A DNA stretch of 64,000 nucleotides from an uncultured Acidobacteriota bacterium (GCA_963777605.1 CAVZRV010000008.1:416001-480000); one strand, 5' to 3'. Positions 20,434 to 30,979 are shown, numbered from the stretch's first letter. The notes: generated by a model not told the origin, from the sequence alone. Made by a program: numbers and translations.

Positions 20434-21183
20434 TTCGGACTTCAAATTGGACGGTTTTCTCGTTTCTCGTTCCTGGAGGGAAAGTAATCCAGGCAGGCCC
20501 TGCCTGGGAAGGCGGCCGGGCAGCTTGCCCGGCGGAAGTGAACCTTCTCAATCCAGGATTCTTGAGTTCCGGTTTGTTCTGAAACAGTCCGCCACCGGGA
20601 CTGAATCGCACTTTCAGTGCTGCATTGCCGGCCCGGTTACCGATCCCCGGGGCGTTGCCGCCGGGCTGAAAATGACCCTGCGCCGTTGGCGTGCTCACCT
20701 GGCGATGCTTCACCAGTTTCACTCTCTGAATGATCCGCGGAGGGCGCGGGGGGCGGGGCTGACCTGAAACTTCAATTAGGATGAGTTGGAAATCCTGGAT
20801 GATTTGGACGCGTTTGGATGGGAATTAGGGCGATCGGTGGAGAGCCAGGGACGCGATTATCGGCTGGATCCTGGTTCCTGGTCCGGTGCCAGACGTGGAT
20901 GAGTGATGATCACAGGATCGGCGCCGGGCTGGCCCCTGAAGGGGGCCTGTTTCCAGCCCAGGCATTTGCCTGGGTTTACGGTCCACCCATCAAGAATCCA
21001 GCCCTGAAAGGGCGGCACAGCTCTCCGGACGTGAAGAATCGGCGCGACCTTACAGGCCGCGATCGCTTTGCCGGGACCACGGACCCAGGGCAAACCCTGG
21101 GCTGAAACCAAGGCGCCACGGGGCAGTTTCACGTCTGCGAATGGTCCGCGGAGGGCGCGGGGGCGGGAGCGGGCTGATCTGAA
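20434..21183. repeat. Cluster of REP/REPIN-like palindromes and dispersed repeats
   Basis: Hairpins ggcccctgaagggggcc, cccaggcatttgcctggg, gccctgaaagggc, cccagggcaaaccctggg; ~55-bp direct repeat at 20714-20768 and 21124-21183. Confidence 0.75.
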
Positions 21184-21383
21184 TCCGCCCCTTGATTTTC
21201 CCTGAAATCGAAACTCGAACTTTCCAACTGTGCACGAACCCAGGCTGGGCGGGCCTTTCCAAGAGTTGGAACACCACGTGCACGATCCCCTCTCTACGGC
21301 GGCTGTCGCACTGTGAGAGTCGTCACAAGGACTAAACGGACAAGAAACTAGACTTGGATGCGGAAGGACCTTCGGAGAGAATC

Positions 21384-24300
21384 ATGATGAAGAGCCTAAG
21401 AATAGCCCTGTTCCTGATCAGCTTGTGCCTGTCCACGGTATTTGGCGCGGAACCGACCATCCTGCGGATGTCGGTCTCGACCAGTGCCCGCCTGATGGAC
21501 GAAGTGTCGATGACCTGTGATGCGGCGTCGCCTCTGGATCCCCGTCCACTGGACTACGAGTGGGCGGTCACGAGTGACCCAACCGGCAAGGCGGTCATTC
21601 TGAGCTCGACGTCGAGAAAGGCTCGCCTGCAGCTTTGGTGGCCGTCTCCATCGACGGCTGAAAGCTTTGTCGGATCGAAGATCGAAATCCGCGTGCGGGT
21701 CTCTTTCGAAGGAGCGACCGAAGAGGATACCGTCGCGGAACGCACCGCGGTGCTGACCATCTCGGGCGTTAACCACCCGCCGGTGCCCGTCATTGGCGGG
21801 AACGTGGGAACCAGGGACGACCGCATACCCTCGGGCAATTCGGTGCAGGTCAACAGCTTCCAGTCAATTGACCCGGACGGAGATGCCTTCCGTTCTGACT
21901 GGGGCCTGGGCAACTGGCGCGGCGGGCGCTACATCCGGCCTCCGGTCCTTTACGGGAGTGAAGGCTCAATTGCATCCTTTACCGTTCCGGAGATGACCAC
22001 CAACGTCGATCAGACGATTTCACTCCACCTCAGCGACGGACTTCACCTGATCTCGAAGGAGACGGTCGCCTACCTCAAGCCTGCCGACGTGGTCACGCCA
22101 CCGTCGAGTGCCCCGGTTTTGACGGTTCCGCAGCCGACGGTCAGCGTCGTCCAGGGACAGATGGCCGAGTTGCAGGCCGTAGGCACCGACTCGGACGGAG
22201 ACGACTTGAGTTTCACGTGGGTCTTCCTCCAGGGGGGAACGACCCTGAGCACCGGATACGTCACCAGCCGGAGAACCTCGACGACAACCTGGGTCAGCGG
22301 CATGAGCTACCCGACGAGCGCGCTGGCGCCGGGGACCTACTCGTTCAGCGTACAGGCGACCGAAGCCGGGAAGCTCGCCGGGCAGAGTACGCAGAAGAAG
22401 TTCATCAGCCTGGTGGTAGGAACCTCCGGGGGAGGCAGCGGCCTCGATCAGAACCGGCCGGTGTGCGGCCAGAATCCCTCGCCCTCGCTGGTCAGCATAG
22501 CCCCAGATCCGCGACTGAGCCGGATCGTCCTCACCCAGGGTAAAGCATCCACAGTAGACGTTACCATGCAGGATTATTCCGAGGTGACCTCCCTGCTTGG
22601 CGGAAGCAAGAAAGGGCTATCGGAGATCAGCTGGAACGTAGACACCCTGTCGCAGTTGGGCATTACCGCGACCAGCAATTTCAGCGGCACGGTGGATCCG
22701 TTCCGGGCCCGGTCCATTTTGACTCTCACGGCGGGTCAGAGTGCCCCGTCCACCGCGCGGGTAACCGCGGTGGCCAAAGATGTTGAGGGTTGCAGCAGTA
22801 CGATTTCCTTTGACGTCGCCATCGAACAGGCCAAAACCAACGAAAAACCGGTCCCGCGTCTCCGCTACGATGCTGGTTCCGGGGTCAAGTCGGCGACCAA
22901 CGGTGCCAACGTCGAAGTCAACACCGGGCAGGTCGAGTTGGACGCCGGAGCCACTACCGATGACAGCGGGTCCGCCGGGCTGACCTACCGCTGGACAATT
23001 GCCGGTCAGGCGACCCTCTCAGCATCGAGTGGTGAGAAAGTCACCCTCTCGATTCCTGACTCGACAACCGGGCCAGTCACTGTCACCCTTTCGGTGACCG
23101 ACACCGGTGGCCTGTCGAGCAACATGACGGTAGCCTTTAAGCTGGTCACGGCAAATGAATCGCCGGTTGCCCTTATCAGGTACGATTCGGGGAGCTGGGA
23201 ACTGGGCTCAGCTCTCGGACGGCGCTACGACCGAAGTGGCCACGGCCCAGCTCGAGTTGGACGCCGGAGCGAGTTCCGATGACGGTGGCGTGGACGGGCT
23301 GCAGTTCTCCTGGGCCTTTGCCGGGAAGGGGAGTCTGACCTCTTCTTCCGGACAAACGACCACTCTCAACATTTCTGAAGGGAACCCGGATCTGGTCACC
23401 GTGACGCTTACCGTGCGTGATGGTGGAGGCCTTTCCAGCAGCACCACCGTGGCGTTCAAGCTGGTGGCCGCCAACGAGCCTCCGGTCGCCGCGGTCAAGT
23501 TCGATACCGGGGGACAGGGGAACTACTCGGGTCCCTTCACGGAGGACCAGAGCGTGGACGTTACCTCCGGAACCATCGAACTGGATGCCTCCGGAAGCAC
23601 CGATGACGGTGGGGCCGATCTGTTGTCGTACCAGTGGAGTGTCACAGGATTTGACGGTGCGGCGTTGAGCGCCGAAAGCGGCGTTTCCACGACACTGACC
23701 GTGCCGGCGGGTGCGACCGGGAGCGCTGTCGTCGTATTGACTGCAACTGACGGAGCCGGTGCCGCCAACCAGGTGCAGGCCACCTTCAGGTTCGCGGCTG
23801 CCGTCGAAAAGCCCGAAGCCCGGATTACGTCGGCTCCGACGACGGTTCAGGCTGGAGAGGAAATGGCGATCGAAGGAGCCGCTTCCGGTGGATCCGGAAC
23901 CGGTGACTACCGTTATGTCTGGACCGCAACCGCAACCGGCGACAAGGTCGTTGAGATTTACTCGACCGAAAGCCGTGCCCGCCTGTTTGCTCCCAATCTG
24001 GATTCTCTCGAACCGGAAACCCTCACCGTCACATTGACGGTTTTCAAGGATGGCGTCGCCTCCGATCCCGCCTCTGCTGACATCACCGTGACCGGTCCGA
24101 CTCTCTACTTCTCCCAGTTGGCGGTCGGGGCGATCAATGATCAGATGGAGTTCCAGACCAGTGTTGTGCTGGTCAACAACTCCGATGTTACAGCGCACGG
24201 CCGGATTACGCTGGTCAACAACGAGTACAGCGATTCCTGGGGCGTTCGGGTCAATGGCGAGTATCGCAGTGATTTTCCGGTCGATGTCGGGCCCGCCGGG

Positions 24301-24792
24301 TCGGTTAAGTTCGTCCTGAGCGGAGACCAGGTCGAGATTGGTTGGTTGTCGCTGGAATCCAATGTTCGGCTGACGGGACACCTCTTCTACCAGGTCGTCG
24401 AAAAGGGGACTGGACGAGCCCTTCGGGAAGTCCCGATCCTGCCGACCACCGCACGTGGTTTCAGGACTGCACTCGATCCGGGGCGGAACAATAACCTGGC
24501 ACTGGCCCTGGTCAACGTGGGTGATGACGAAATCCGGTTCCGGCTCGCCGTTCGGTCAAACCAGGGCGGTTCGATGGAATCCGGAGAAATCGCCCTCGGT
24601 CCCCGGCAACACCTGGCCCAGTTCCTGGGAGAGTTCTTTGACGGAGGCCAGAACGGGGCCATGATACCCGCTTCCTTTGCCGGCGGCACCCTGATGATCG
24701 AGATCACCAGCGGCTCGGGAGACCTTGCCGCCACGATCATGAAGACCGACGAAGGACTTCCTTTGTCGATCCTCCCGGTCGGAACCTGGTAG
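21384..24792 (+). CDS. Second PKD/Ig-like repeat surface protein, paralog of 16014-19160; +1 frameshift in a G run near 23190
   Basis: ORFs 21354-23282 and 23155-24792 join as YDSGAGNWAQ if one G is removed; collinear similarity to the first paralog; ends GLPLSILPVGTW. Confidence 0.8.
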
Positions 24793-24912
24793 CCGATCCA
24801 AATCGTCGGCGATCACCTGGACGGCGAGGGTGCCAGGCTTCTCACGGGATCCGAGAAGCTCAGTGCCCTCTCCGTCCCTCCGCCCGGCGGAAGACTTTCA
24901 CAGCGGTGAAAC

Positions 24913-24959
24913 CAGCCCCGCCCCTGCGCGCTGCGGAGACCATTCACAAAGTGAAACTT
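24913..24959 (-). repeat. Third, inverted copy of the ~55-bp repeat
   Basis: Reverse complement aagtttcactttgtgaatggtctccgcagcgcgcaggggcggggctg vs cagtttcacgtctgcgaatggtccgcggagggcgcgggggcggg at 21124. Confidence 0.7.
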
Positions 24960-24971
24960 GCCACGGGTGTT

Positions 24972-25058
24972 TTGAACCGCAAAGATCGCCAAGGCGCGAA
25001 GAGATCTCTTGTTTTCAACAATAAAGCCCTTTGCGATCTTTGCGCCTTGGCGTTTCAA
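24972..25058. repeat. Imperfect palindrome built of cgc(a/c)aag submotifs (MITE-like)
   Basis: ttgaaccgcaaagatcgccaaggcgcgaag ... ctttgcgatctttgcgccttggcgtttcaa. Confidence 0.7.
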
Positions 25059-25107
25059 CTCAACGTCTTGCAGATGAAGTTGCAGGCCAGACCTTCACAA
25101 CCGGGCC

Positions 25108-25899
25108 TCAGACCAGGTCCAGCAGATCCCGCCGGCTCCTGCGAAGTAGCCGCCCGCCGAACCAGACTGAAAGCCCACTCAGCGCGGCCCAGTACGCCAG
25201 CCCCCACCACTGTAAGGACGGCTCACCGAAAACGGCGAACCGGAACGCCTCGACCATGTGGGTGAGGGGGTTGAGATCGAGCAGGGGAAGATAGGTGGCC
25301 GGAACAATCGTCTTCGGATAGACAATCGGGGTCAACCAGAACAGGAACATGAACACTACCCCGATAATCTGGGCGATGTCTTTAAAAAAGACGTTGACGG
25401 TGGCGACGATCATCCCGAATCCATACATCAACATCGCCTGGACCAGCAGCAGCGGGACCAGCAGCGGCAGTGTCCCGTAATGAATGTTGCCCCTCGCGAT
25501 CAGCACAATGAAAAAGACCACTGTCGCGATGAGTTGGTGGATCAGTGCGGAACTGGTGATGCTGAAAGGGAGAGTCGCCAGGGGAAATCGCAGCTTCTTG
25601 ATCAGGTTCCCGTTATCCAGAAAGGCCCGGGCTGAGCGGGTGATGCTCTCCTGAAACGCGGACCAGGGAAGAAGGGCGCAGAACAGGTTCTCTGCAAACC
25701 TCCCGGGGTGGTCTCCGTTGCCGAATTTCACTCCCAGGAATACCGAGAATACGAGGGTGTAGAGCACCAACTGGAAGAGCGGGTTGAGAACCGACCAGAA
25801 GAGACCCAGCAGCGAGCCGGTGTAGCGCGTTCGGATGTCCCTGCTGATCAACTCATGGATCAGCTGTCGATGGCTGAACAATTCAGTGATTTTTTCCAT
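25108..25899 (-). CDS. wzm: ABC-2 polysaccharide export permease (Wzm/RfbA/TagG type)
   Basis: RDIRTRYTGSLLGLFWSVLNPL, NLIKKLRFP, FWLTPIVYP, LNPLTHMVEAFR. Confidence 0.9.
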   Translation of the reverse strand: MEKITELFSHRQLIHELISRDIRTRYTGSLLGLFWSVLNPLFQLVLYTLVFSVFLGVKFGNGDHPGRFAENLFCALLPWSAFQESITRSARAFLDNGNLIKKLRFPLATLPFSITSSALIHQLIATVVFFIVLIARGNIHYGTLPLLVPLLLVQAMLMYGFGMIVATVNVFFKDIAQIIGVVFMFLFWLTPIVYPKTIVPATYLPLLDLNPLTHMVEAFRFAVFGEPSLQWWGLAYWAALSGLSVWFGGRLLRRSRRDLLDLV

Positions 25900-26041
25900 T
25901 GCGCTTAGGAACCCGGCCCCTTCCTGATATATTGAGTCGCGGAGATGCGGGCCCGGCCGCGACGGGAACGTTGTTATTGCCTACCCGCCAAAGTATATCC
26001 AGTCTCCACTCCACTCGAACCAAAAGCGTAGCATCGACATC

Positions 26042-27874
26042 GTGAAATACAAAGCAGCCAGGAAGAAGGTCGGAACGCGGGATTATCGTTGGGTCGGGCA
26101 GGTGCTGATCGCCGTCTTTTTTGTCCTCCTGCCCTTCATCTTTTCCGCCTCCGGTTACGACAAGTTTCGCTTGCCGAAAACGACATTTGCAGTCCTCTCA
26201 ATCCTGATCATCGGGATCGTGGTAACGCTTCTTGGGCGGATCCGGCTCGTCTTCCCGCTGTTGAGTTGGGAAACGCTCCTGGTTGGGTCGATCGCCTACC
26301 TGGCGCTGCATACGCTGACCAGTTCGAATCCAGGGCTCAGCTGGCACAGCTTCCTCATGATCCTCCCGTTTGTAGTCCTCTTCTTTGTGCTGCGCTCAAG
26401 CCTGACTGCCGGCTTTCAGCGCGTTGTCTGGCTGCTTGTGGGGGCTGCCCTCGCGCTCAGTTCGGTTCTTACGATACTGCAGTACCATGGGCTGATCACC
26501 TCGATGACCTACCAGTCGGGCGAAACTTTGCTGGGTCGCATCAACCCGGCCGGGTTTATCGGGGAGGTGAACAGCGGGGGATTCCTGTTCGGTCTGGTCA
26601 GTGTGCTGCTAATCTACTTCGTGGTGGCGGAGCGGGACGTCCGGCTGAAAGCCCTCGGTGCCGGTCTGCTGACGATCAATCTGGTCGGTCTTGCCTACAC
26701 CCGAACCCTGACCGCTTTCGTCGCCCTGTCCGCCTGTTTCGTTCTCTGGCTGGGTTTTCATCATTGGTGGACCTTTCGCCGGCACAAACGGGTGACCCGG
26801 GCCCTGGTCTACTTCTGGGTCGTCCTGGCGGTGGGGCTGGCGGGAGGGACGGCGGTGGCCGTGATGTCGGGCATCGGCGGAAGGGTCGTGAGCGTAGCCG
26901 GCCAAATCGCCCGGGGGAACTTCTCTGCGGCCACCGCCGGACGTCAGCCCGTTTACTCGTTAACCTGGCAGATGATCAAGGACAAGCCTTGGATTGGACG
27001 GGGTCTGGAGACCTTCGGACACGACTTCTTCTACTTCCGTGCGGACACGGAAGTCGGCCAGAGCACCCAACTGATTCATCAGGAGGGGTCCTTTCGGCAG
27101 GTCCACAATGACTATCTCCAGGTCGGTGAGGAACTGGGCCTGGTTGGACTGACTTTGATGCTGGCCCTGTTGACTATCCCTGTGATTCGGACTGTTTCCC
27201 TGATCCGGACGCTGGAGGATGAGGCGGAAGTCTACTGGAACGGGATGTTGGGTATCGCCGTGGTCTTCGTGATGATCGGGGCGCTGGCTTTCTTTCCTCT
27301 GCGACTGACGGTAACCGGCAGTTACGTGGTGCTGCTGTTCGGGTGCCTGCGCTGGTATCAGGGGCCCGATCTGTCGGAGGCGACGTCCCGGAACCGGGAG
27401 GCATCCTGGCAACTGATCCCGGTCGTTCTGCTTTTATCGGCCCTTCTGCTCTTCGTCGGCCTGCCCCTTTATCAGACCTGGGATGCCAACGGCAAGCTGG
27501 GGACGGCGTCGTATCTCCTCGAGCAGATTTCTTCGGGCCAGGTTCCGGCACGGCAGAAACAGATGATTCTGGGACGGGTTTTGAACATCCTGAACAGTGC
27601 CGATGCGGCCGCAGTGGAGTTCCCGGAGATTTACAACCTGAAGGGTGGGGCATACCTTCTTCTTGGCGAGTATCCCCTGGCCGCCGAAAACTACTCGCTG
27701 GCCGCGGGGAGAATCCCCAGTGCGGAGGTCTTGACGAATCTGGCCGCGGCACAGATTGCGGCCAACAAGAAGGCCGAGGCGGAAGAACTTCTTCGGCGGG
27801 CGCTTCGGTATGACCCGCAATACAACAAGGCGCAACAGGCTCTTCAGTACCTGGAATCGCAACAGCAGCCATGA
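26042..27874 (+). CDS. O-antigen ligase / O-oligosaccharyltransferase-like membrane protein with C-terminal TPR
   Basis: About 12 TM segments, W.MIKDKPWIGRG.ETF, QVHNDYLQVGEELGLVG (Wzy_C signature), TPR-like tail. Confidence 0.8.
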   Translation: MKYKAARKKVGTRDYRWVGQVLIAVFFVLLPFIFSASGYDKFRLPKTTFAVLSILIIGIVVTLLGRIRLVFPLLSWETLLVGSIAYLALHTLTSSNPGLSWHSFLMILPFVVLFFVLRSSLTAGFQRVVWLLVGAALALSSVLTILQYHGLITSMTYQSGETLLGRINPAGFIGEVNSGGFLFGLVSVLLIYFVVAERDVRLKALGAGLLTINLVGLAYTRTLTAFVALSACFVLWLGFHHWWTFRRHKRVTRALVYFWVVLAVGLAGGTAVAVMSGIGGRVVSVAGQIARGNFSAATAGRQPVYSLTWQMIKDKPWIGRGLETFGHDFFYFRADTEVGQSTQLIHQEGSFRQVHNDYLQVGEELGLVGLTLMLALLTIPVIRTVSLIRTLEDEAEVYWNGMLGIAVVFVMIGALAFFPLRLTVTGSYVVLLFGCLRWYQGPDLSEATSRNREASWQLIPVVLLLSALLLFVGLPLYQTWDANGKLGTASYLLEQISSGQVPARQKQMILGRVLNILNSADAAAVEFPEIYNLKGGAYLLLGEYPLAAENYSLAAGRIPSAEVLTNLAAAQIAANKKAEAEELLRRALRYDPQYNKAQQALQYLESQQQP

Positions 27875-29031
27875 CAGTCGGTCTGGACTACCGGTCTGCC
27901 CTCAAGCCGAACTCGAGACGACGCGGTATCGGCCGCTACACTCATGAACTGACCCGTAACCTGCTTGCGGCCTGTCCGCACCTTGGGTTCTCGCTCTACA
28001 CGATCGCCGGCGTTGAAGGCCCCCGGCTGGCCGGCAACTACCGGGAGACGCCGCTCTTCTACCTGAAACGACCGTCCAGGCTGAACTGGGCGATCGAAGC
28101 GATCCTCTTTTCCCGGCTCGCCCGAACCGATTCCCCTGACCTGTTCCATGCCATGGATCCGGTTTCCGTTCCGGCGTGGCTCCCCTGTCCTCTGGTCGTC
28201 TCAGTTCACGACCTCATCCCTTTGATCTTCCACCGGGAAATGCGGCGGCAGATCCCGATCGATTACCGAATCGCTCTTCGATACGCTTGCCGGCGGTATC
28301 GCTCGGCGGACCGGATCCTGACGCTTTCGGAGCATTCCCGGCGGGACATCTGCCGCCTGCTGGAAGTCCCATCTGACCGTGTAGAGGTCGTCCCGCTCGG
28401 ATCGACCCTGGTGCCGACCGGTCTTTCCCGGGCCGCGGCCGGTGACGGGGTGAAAAGCCGTTTTGGGATCGACTCCCCCTACCTGCTTTACGTTGGGGGG
28501 ACTGATTTCCGGAAGAACCTCGGCCGCCTGCTGGAGGCCTTCGCGTTGATCCGCCGCCAGGGCTATGCCGGCCGGCTCGTCCTGGTGGGCGAGACCTTCG
28601 CGATGCAGATCCCGGAAGTGACTCGCCTCCGTGAGGCCGCGGTCCGGCTGGGAATTGACGATTCTGTCCTGTTTCTGGGCTACGTTGAAGACCAGGGACT
28701 GGCCCTCCTCTTCGAATCCTGTGATTTCTTCGTCTTTCCGTCACTTTATGAGGGCTTTGGGCTGCCGGTCCTGGAGGCGATGCGGTGTGGCGCCCCACTG
28801 TTGATCAGCCGGGCATCTTCGATTCCCGAAGTCGCGGGAGAGGCCGGCTTCTACTTCGACCCGGAGGAGGCCGAAGACCTGGCGGAGGCTTTTCGCGGTG
28901 CAGCCGCCGACCCGGAGGGAGTCGAGGCAAAGCGACAATTGGGATTGTCCCGCGCGCGCGCGTTCTCCTGGGAGAAGGCTGCGGAAAAGGTGGGGAGAGT
29001 GTACGATCAAGTCCTTCTTTCCCGTGGATGA
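27871..29031 (+). CDS. Glycosyltransferase family 4
   Basis: GIGRY, VHDLIP, RKNL, FPSLYEGFGLPVLEAM. Confidence 0.92.
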   Translation: MTVGLDYRSALKPNSRRRGIGRYTHELTRNLLAACPHLGFSLYTIAGVEGPRLAGNYRETPLFYLKRPSRLNWAIEAILFSRLARTDSPDLFHAMDPVSVPAWLPCPLVVSVHDLIPLIFHREMRRQIPIDYRIALRYACRRYRSADRILTLSEHSRRDICRLLEVPSDRVEVVPLGSTLVPTGLSRAAAGDGVKSRFGIDSPYLLYVGGTDFRKNLGRLLEAFALIRRQGYAGRLVLVGETFAMQIPEVTRLREAAVRLGIDDSVLFLGYVEDQGLALLFESCDFFVFPSLYEGFGLPVLEAMRCGAPLLISRASSIPEVAGEAGFYFDPEEAEDLAEAFRGAAADPEGVEAKRQLGLSRARAFSWEKAAEKVGRVYDQVLLSRG

Positions 29032-29088
29032 GCCTGGGCCCGGAGGGGGTCTTCGGTGGCGATACACCGAGGTGGAGTGGATAGAGAT

Positions 29089-30081
29089 ATGGCGGGGCGA
29101 CGCAAGGTTGGAATCGATACACGGGCCCTGGCGGGGGGCGCCGCAGGGATCGCGACCTACGTCGGGGAGTTGATGCGGAACCTGGATTGCCTGGAAGGGC
29201 TCGCTCCGCGACACCCCAGGAACAATTTTCTCTGGAACCAGCTCTGGGGGACCCTCGCTCCGATCGCGCGACGTTGGAGGGTTTTCCATGCTCCCGGCTA
29301 CACGTCCCCTTTGGTCAACTGGGCGAAACTGGTTCTTTCTGTCCACGATGTCTCCTACCTGATGGGTCCCGAATACTACCCCTACCAGTTGGATCGCTTT
29401 CGCCTCGCCTATTACCGGGCGTCGCTGCGGGCGGCCGATCGAATCATCGTCCCTTCGACCTTTTCCGAGACGGAGCTGCTGAGACTCGTACCGGAAGCGG
29501 CGGGACGGGTCCGAAAGATCCCTCTCGCGGTTGGTGACGATTTCTTCCCTGATCGGGATGCCGCCCGGGCGGTTCGGGAGAGATTGGCCCTGCCCGATAC
29601 CTTCGCCCTGCATGTCGGGGACATTCACCCGAGGCGAAACATTCCGCTGATCCTGCGTGCCGCTTCCCGTGCCGGTCTGCCGGTGGTGCTGGTCGGGAGA
29701 ATCCTTTCGGGGGATCCAGCGAGCCTGTCCGGAGTGGTGAGGTTCGAAAATGTTTCCCGCGAAACCCTGCGTGCTCTCTACAGCGTGGCCTCGGTATTCG
29801 TTTATGCGTCGGTCTACGAGGGATTCGGCCTGCCTCTCCTCGAAGCGATGGCCTGTGGACTTCCCGTGGTGGCTGCCGCCCGCGCTTCGGTTCCCGAGGT
29901 TTGCGGGGACGCGGCGGTGCTGGTCGAACCAATCGAAGACGAAATTGTCCGAGGGATTCGTGATGTGCTGGGTGAACGTGCGGTCTTTGCTGAGAAGGGG
30001 CGGGAGCAGGCGGCCCGGTTCAGCTGGAAAGAGACAGCCCGATCAACCCGCCGGGTGTATGAAGAACTGGGCCTCAGCTGA
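29089..30081 (+). CDS. Glycosyltransferase family 4
   Basis: GIATY, SVHD, PRRN, YEGFGLPLLEAMACG. Confidence 0.9.
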   Translation: MAGRRKVGIDTRALAGGAAGIATYVGELMRNLDCLEGLAPRHPRNNFLWNQLWGTLAPIARRWRVFHAPGYTSPLVNWAKLVLSVHDVSYLMGPEYYPYQLDRFRLAYYRASLRAADRIIVPSTFSETELLRLVPEAAGRVRKIPLAVGDDFFPDRDAARAVRERLALPDTFALHVGDIHPRRNIPLILRAASRAGLPVVLVGRILSGDPASLSGVVRFENVSRETLRALYSVASVFVYASVYEGFGLPLLEAMACGLPVVAAARASVPEVCGDAAVLVEPIEDEIVRGIRDVLGERAVFAEKGREQAARFSWKETARSTRRVYEELGLS

Positions 30082-30091
30082 GAAGGGGCGC

Positions 30092-30979
30092 TTACCCTCT
30101 GGACCCGACTTCTTCGACTCCGCGGATTCGTTGCGCAAACCGGCTCCCCAGGTACATCAGCCGAATTCCGCCCAGTACGAGGGATCGCTCAACGATTGAG
30201 GCGTCGGCGCCGAAGTGTTTTTCGTAGAAGATGCGCATCGCGTTGTAGAAGTGGAAGTTGCTTTCGTTCGGCCGCCTCGAAGAACTGCCCCGCTTGATGT
30301 GGGTGATGCGGGCAGCAGGGTAGTAGACGATCTCCCAGCCGGCTTCGGAGGCGCGAAGGCAGAAGTCGAGGTCCTCGCCGTAGAGGAAGAAGGTTTCGTC
30401 GAGATAACCACTGGTGTCCAGCACTTCGTGCCGAAAGAGGAGGAACGAGCCCGAGACGGCTTCGACCGGGTGAGTCTCCGTGTCCGGCTGGTACGAGTAG
30501 TTGTAGGCGGAGAACCGGGGGCTCCTTGGAAAGAGTGTGGACAGCCCCGAGAATCTATAGAACGCCACCGAAGGACGCGGAATACTCCTGCGGCACGCCC
30601 GCTGGAGGGTCCCATCGGGGTTCTCGACCCTGCAGCCCATGATGCCGATCGACGGATGAGCGTCGATGAACTCCAGCGAACGCTCGATGGCCCGGTCGCG
30701 AACCAGGGAGTCGGGGTTGAGCAAAAGGTAGTAGGCGGCCGGTTGCCTCCGGATCCCCTGGTTGCAGGCGGTGGAGAAACCCACGTTGATCGGGTTCGGA
30801 ATGAGTTCAACCTGCGCGAAGCGCTCTGTCAGGGCCCGCACCGAGTCCTGGTCGTCAGAAGCGTTGTCCACTACGACGACGGAACATGGTATCCGGCCGG
30901 TCTCGGCGTAGATGCTTTCCAGGCACCGCTCCAGGTGGTCGGTCGAGTTGTAGTTGACGATGACGATGGAAATCTTCAT
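30092..30979 (-). CDS. Glycosyltransferase family 2 (WbbL-like)
   Basis: SIVIVNYN, DNASDD, NVGFSTACNQG, LLLNPD, FLYGEDLDFC. Confidence 0.92.
   Translation of the reverse strand: MKISIVIVNYNSTDHLERCLESIYAETGRIPCSVVVVDNASDDQDSVRALTERFAQVELIPNPINVGFSTACNQGIRRQPAAYYLLLNPDSLVRDRAIERSLEFIDAHPSIGIMGCRVENPDGTLQRACRRSIPRPSVAFYRFSGLSTLFPRSPRFSAYNYSYQPDTETHPVEAVSGSFLLFRHEVLDTSGYLDETFFLYGEDLDFCLRASEAGWEIVYYPAARITHIKRGSSSRRPNESNFHFYNAMRIFYEKHFGADASIVERSLVLGGIRLMYLGSRFAQRIRGVEEVGSRG

Noticed and set aside
20434-21183. Possible CRISPR array or integron attC array
   Set aside because: No regular repeat-spacer period, repeats are degenerate, no cas or intI, no cassette ORFs
20408-21283. Several 77-106 aa ORFs in the intergenic gap
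   Set aside because: They run through palindromic repeats and have no protein-like features
23176-24381. 401-aa antisense ORF; likewise 37109-38758, 51928-52977, 60751-61866
   Set aside because: Fully overlap well-supported genes on the other strand in GC-rich DNA
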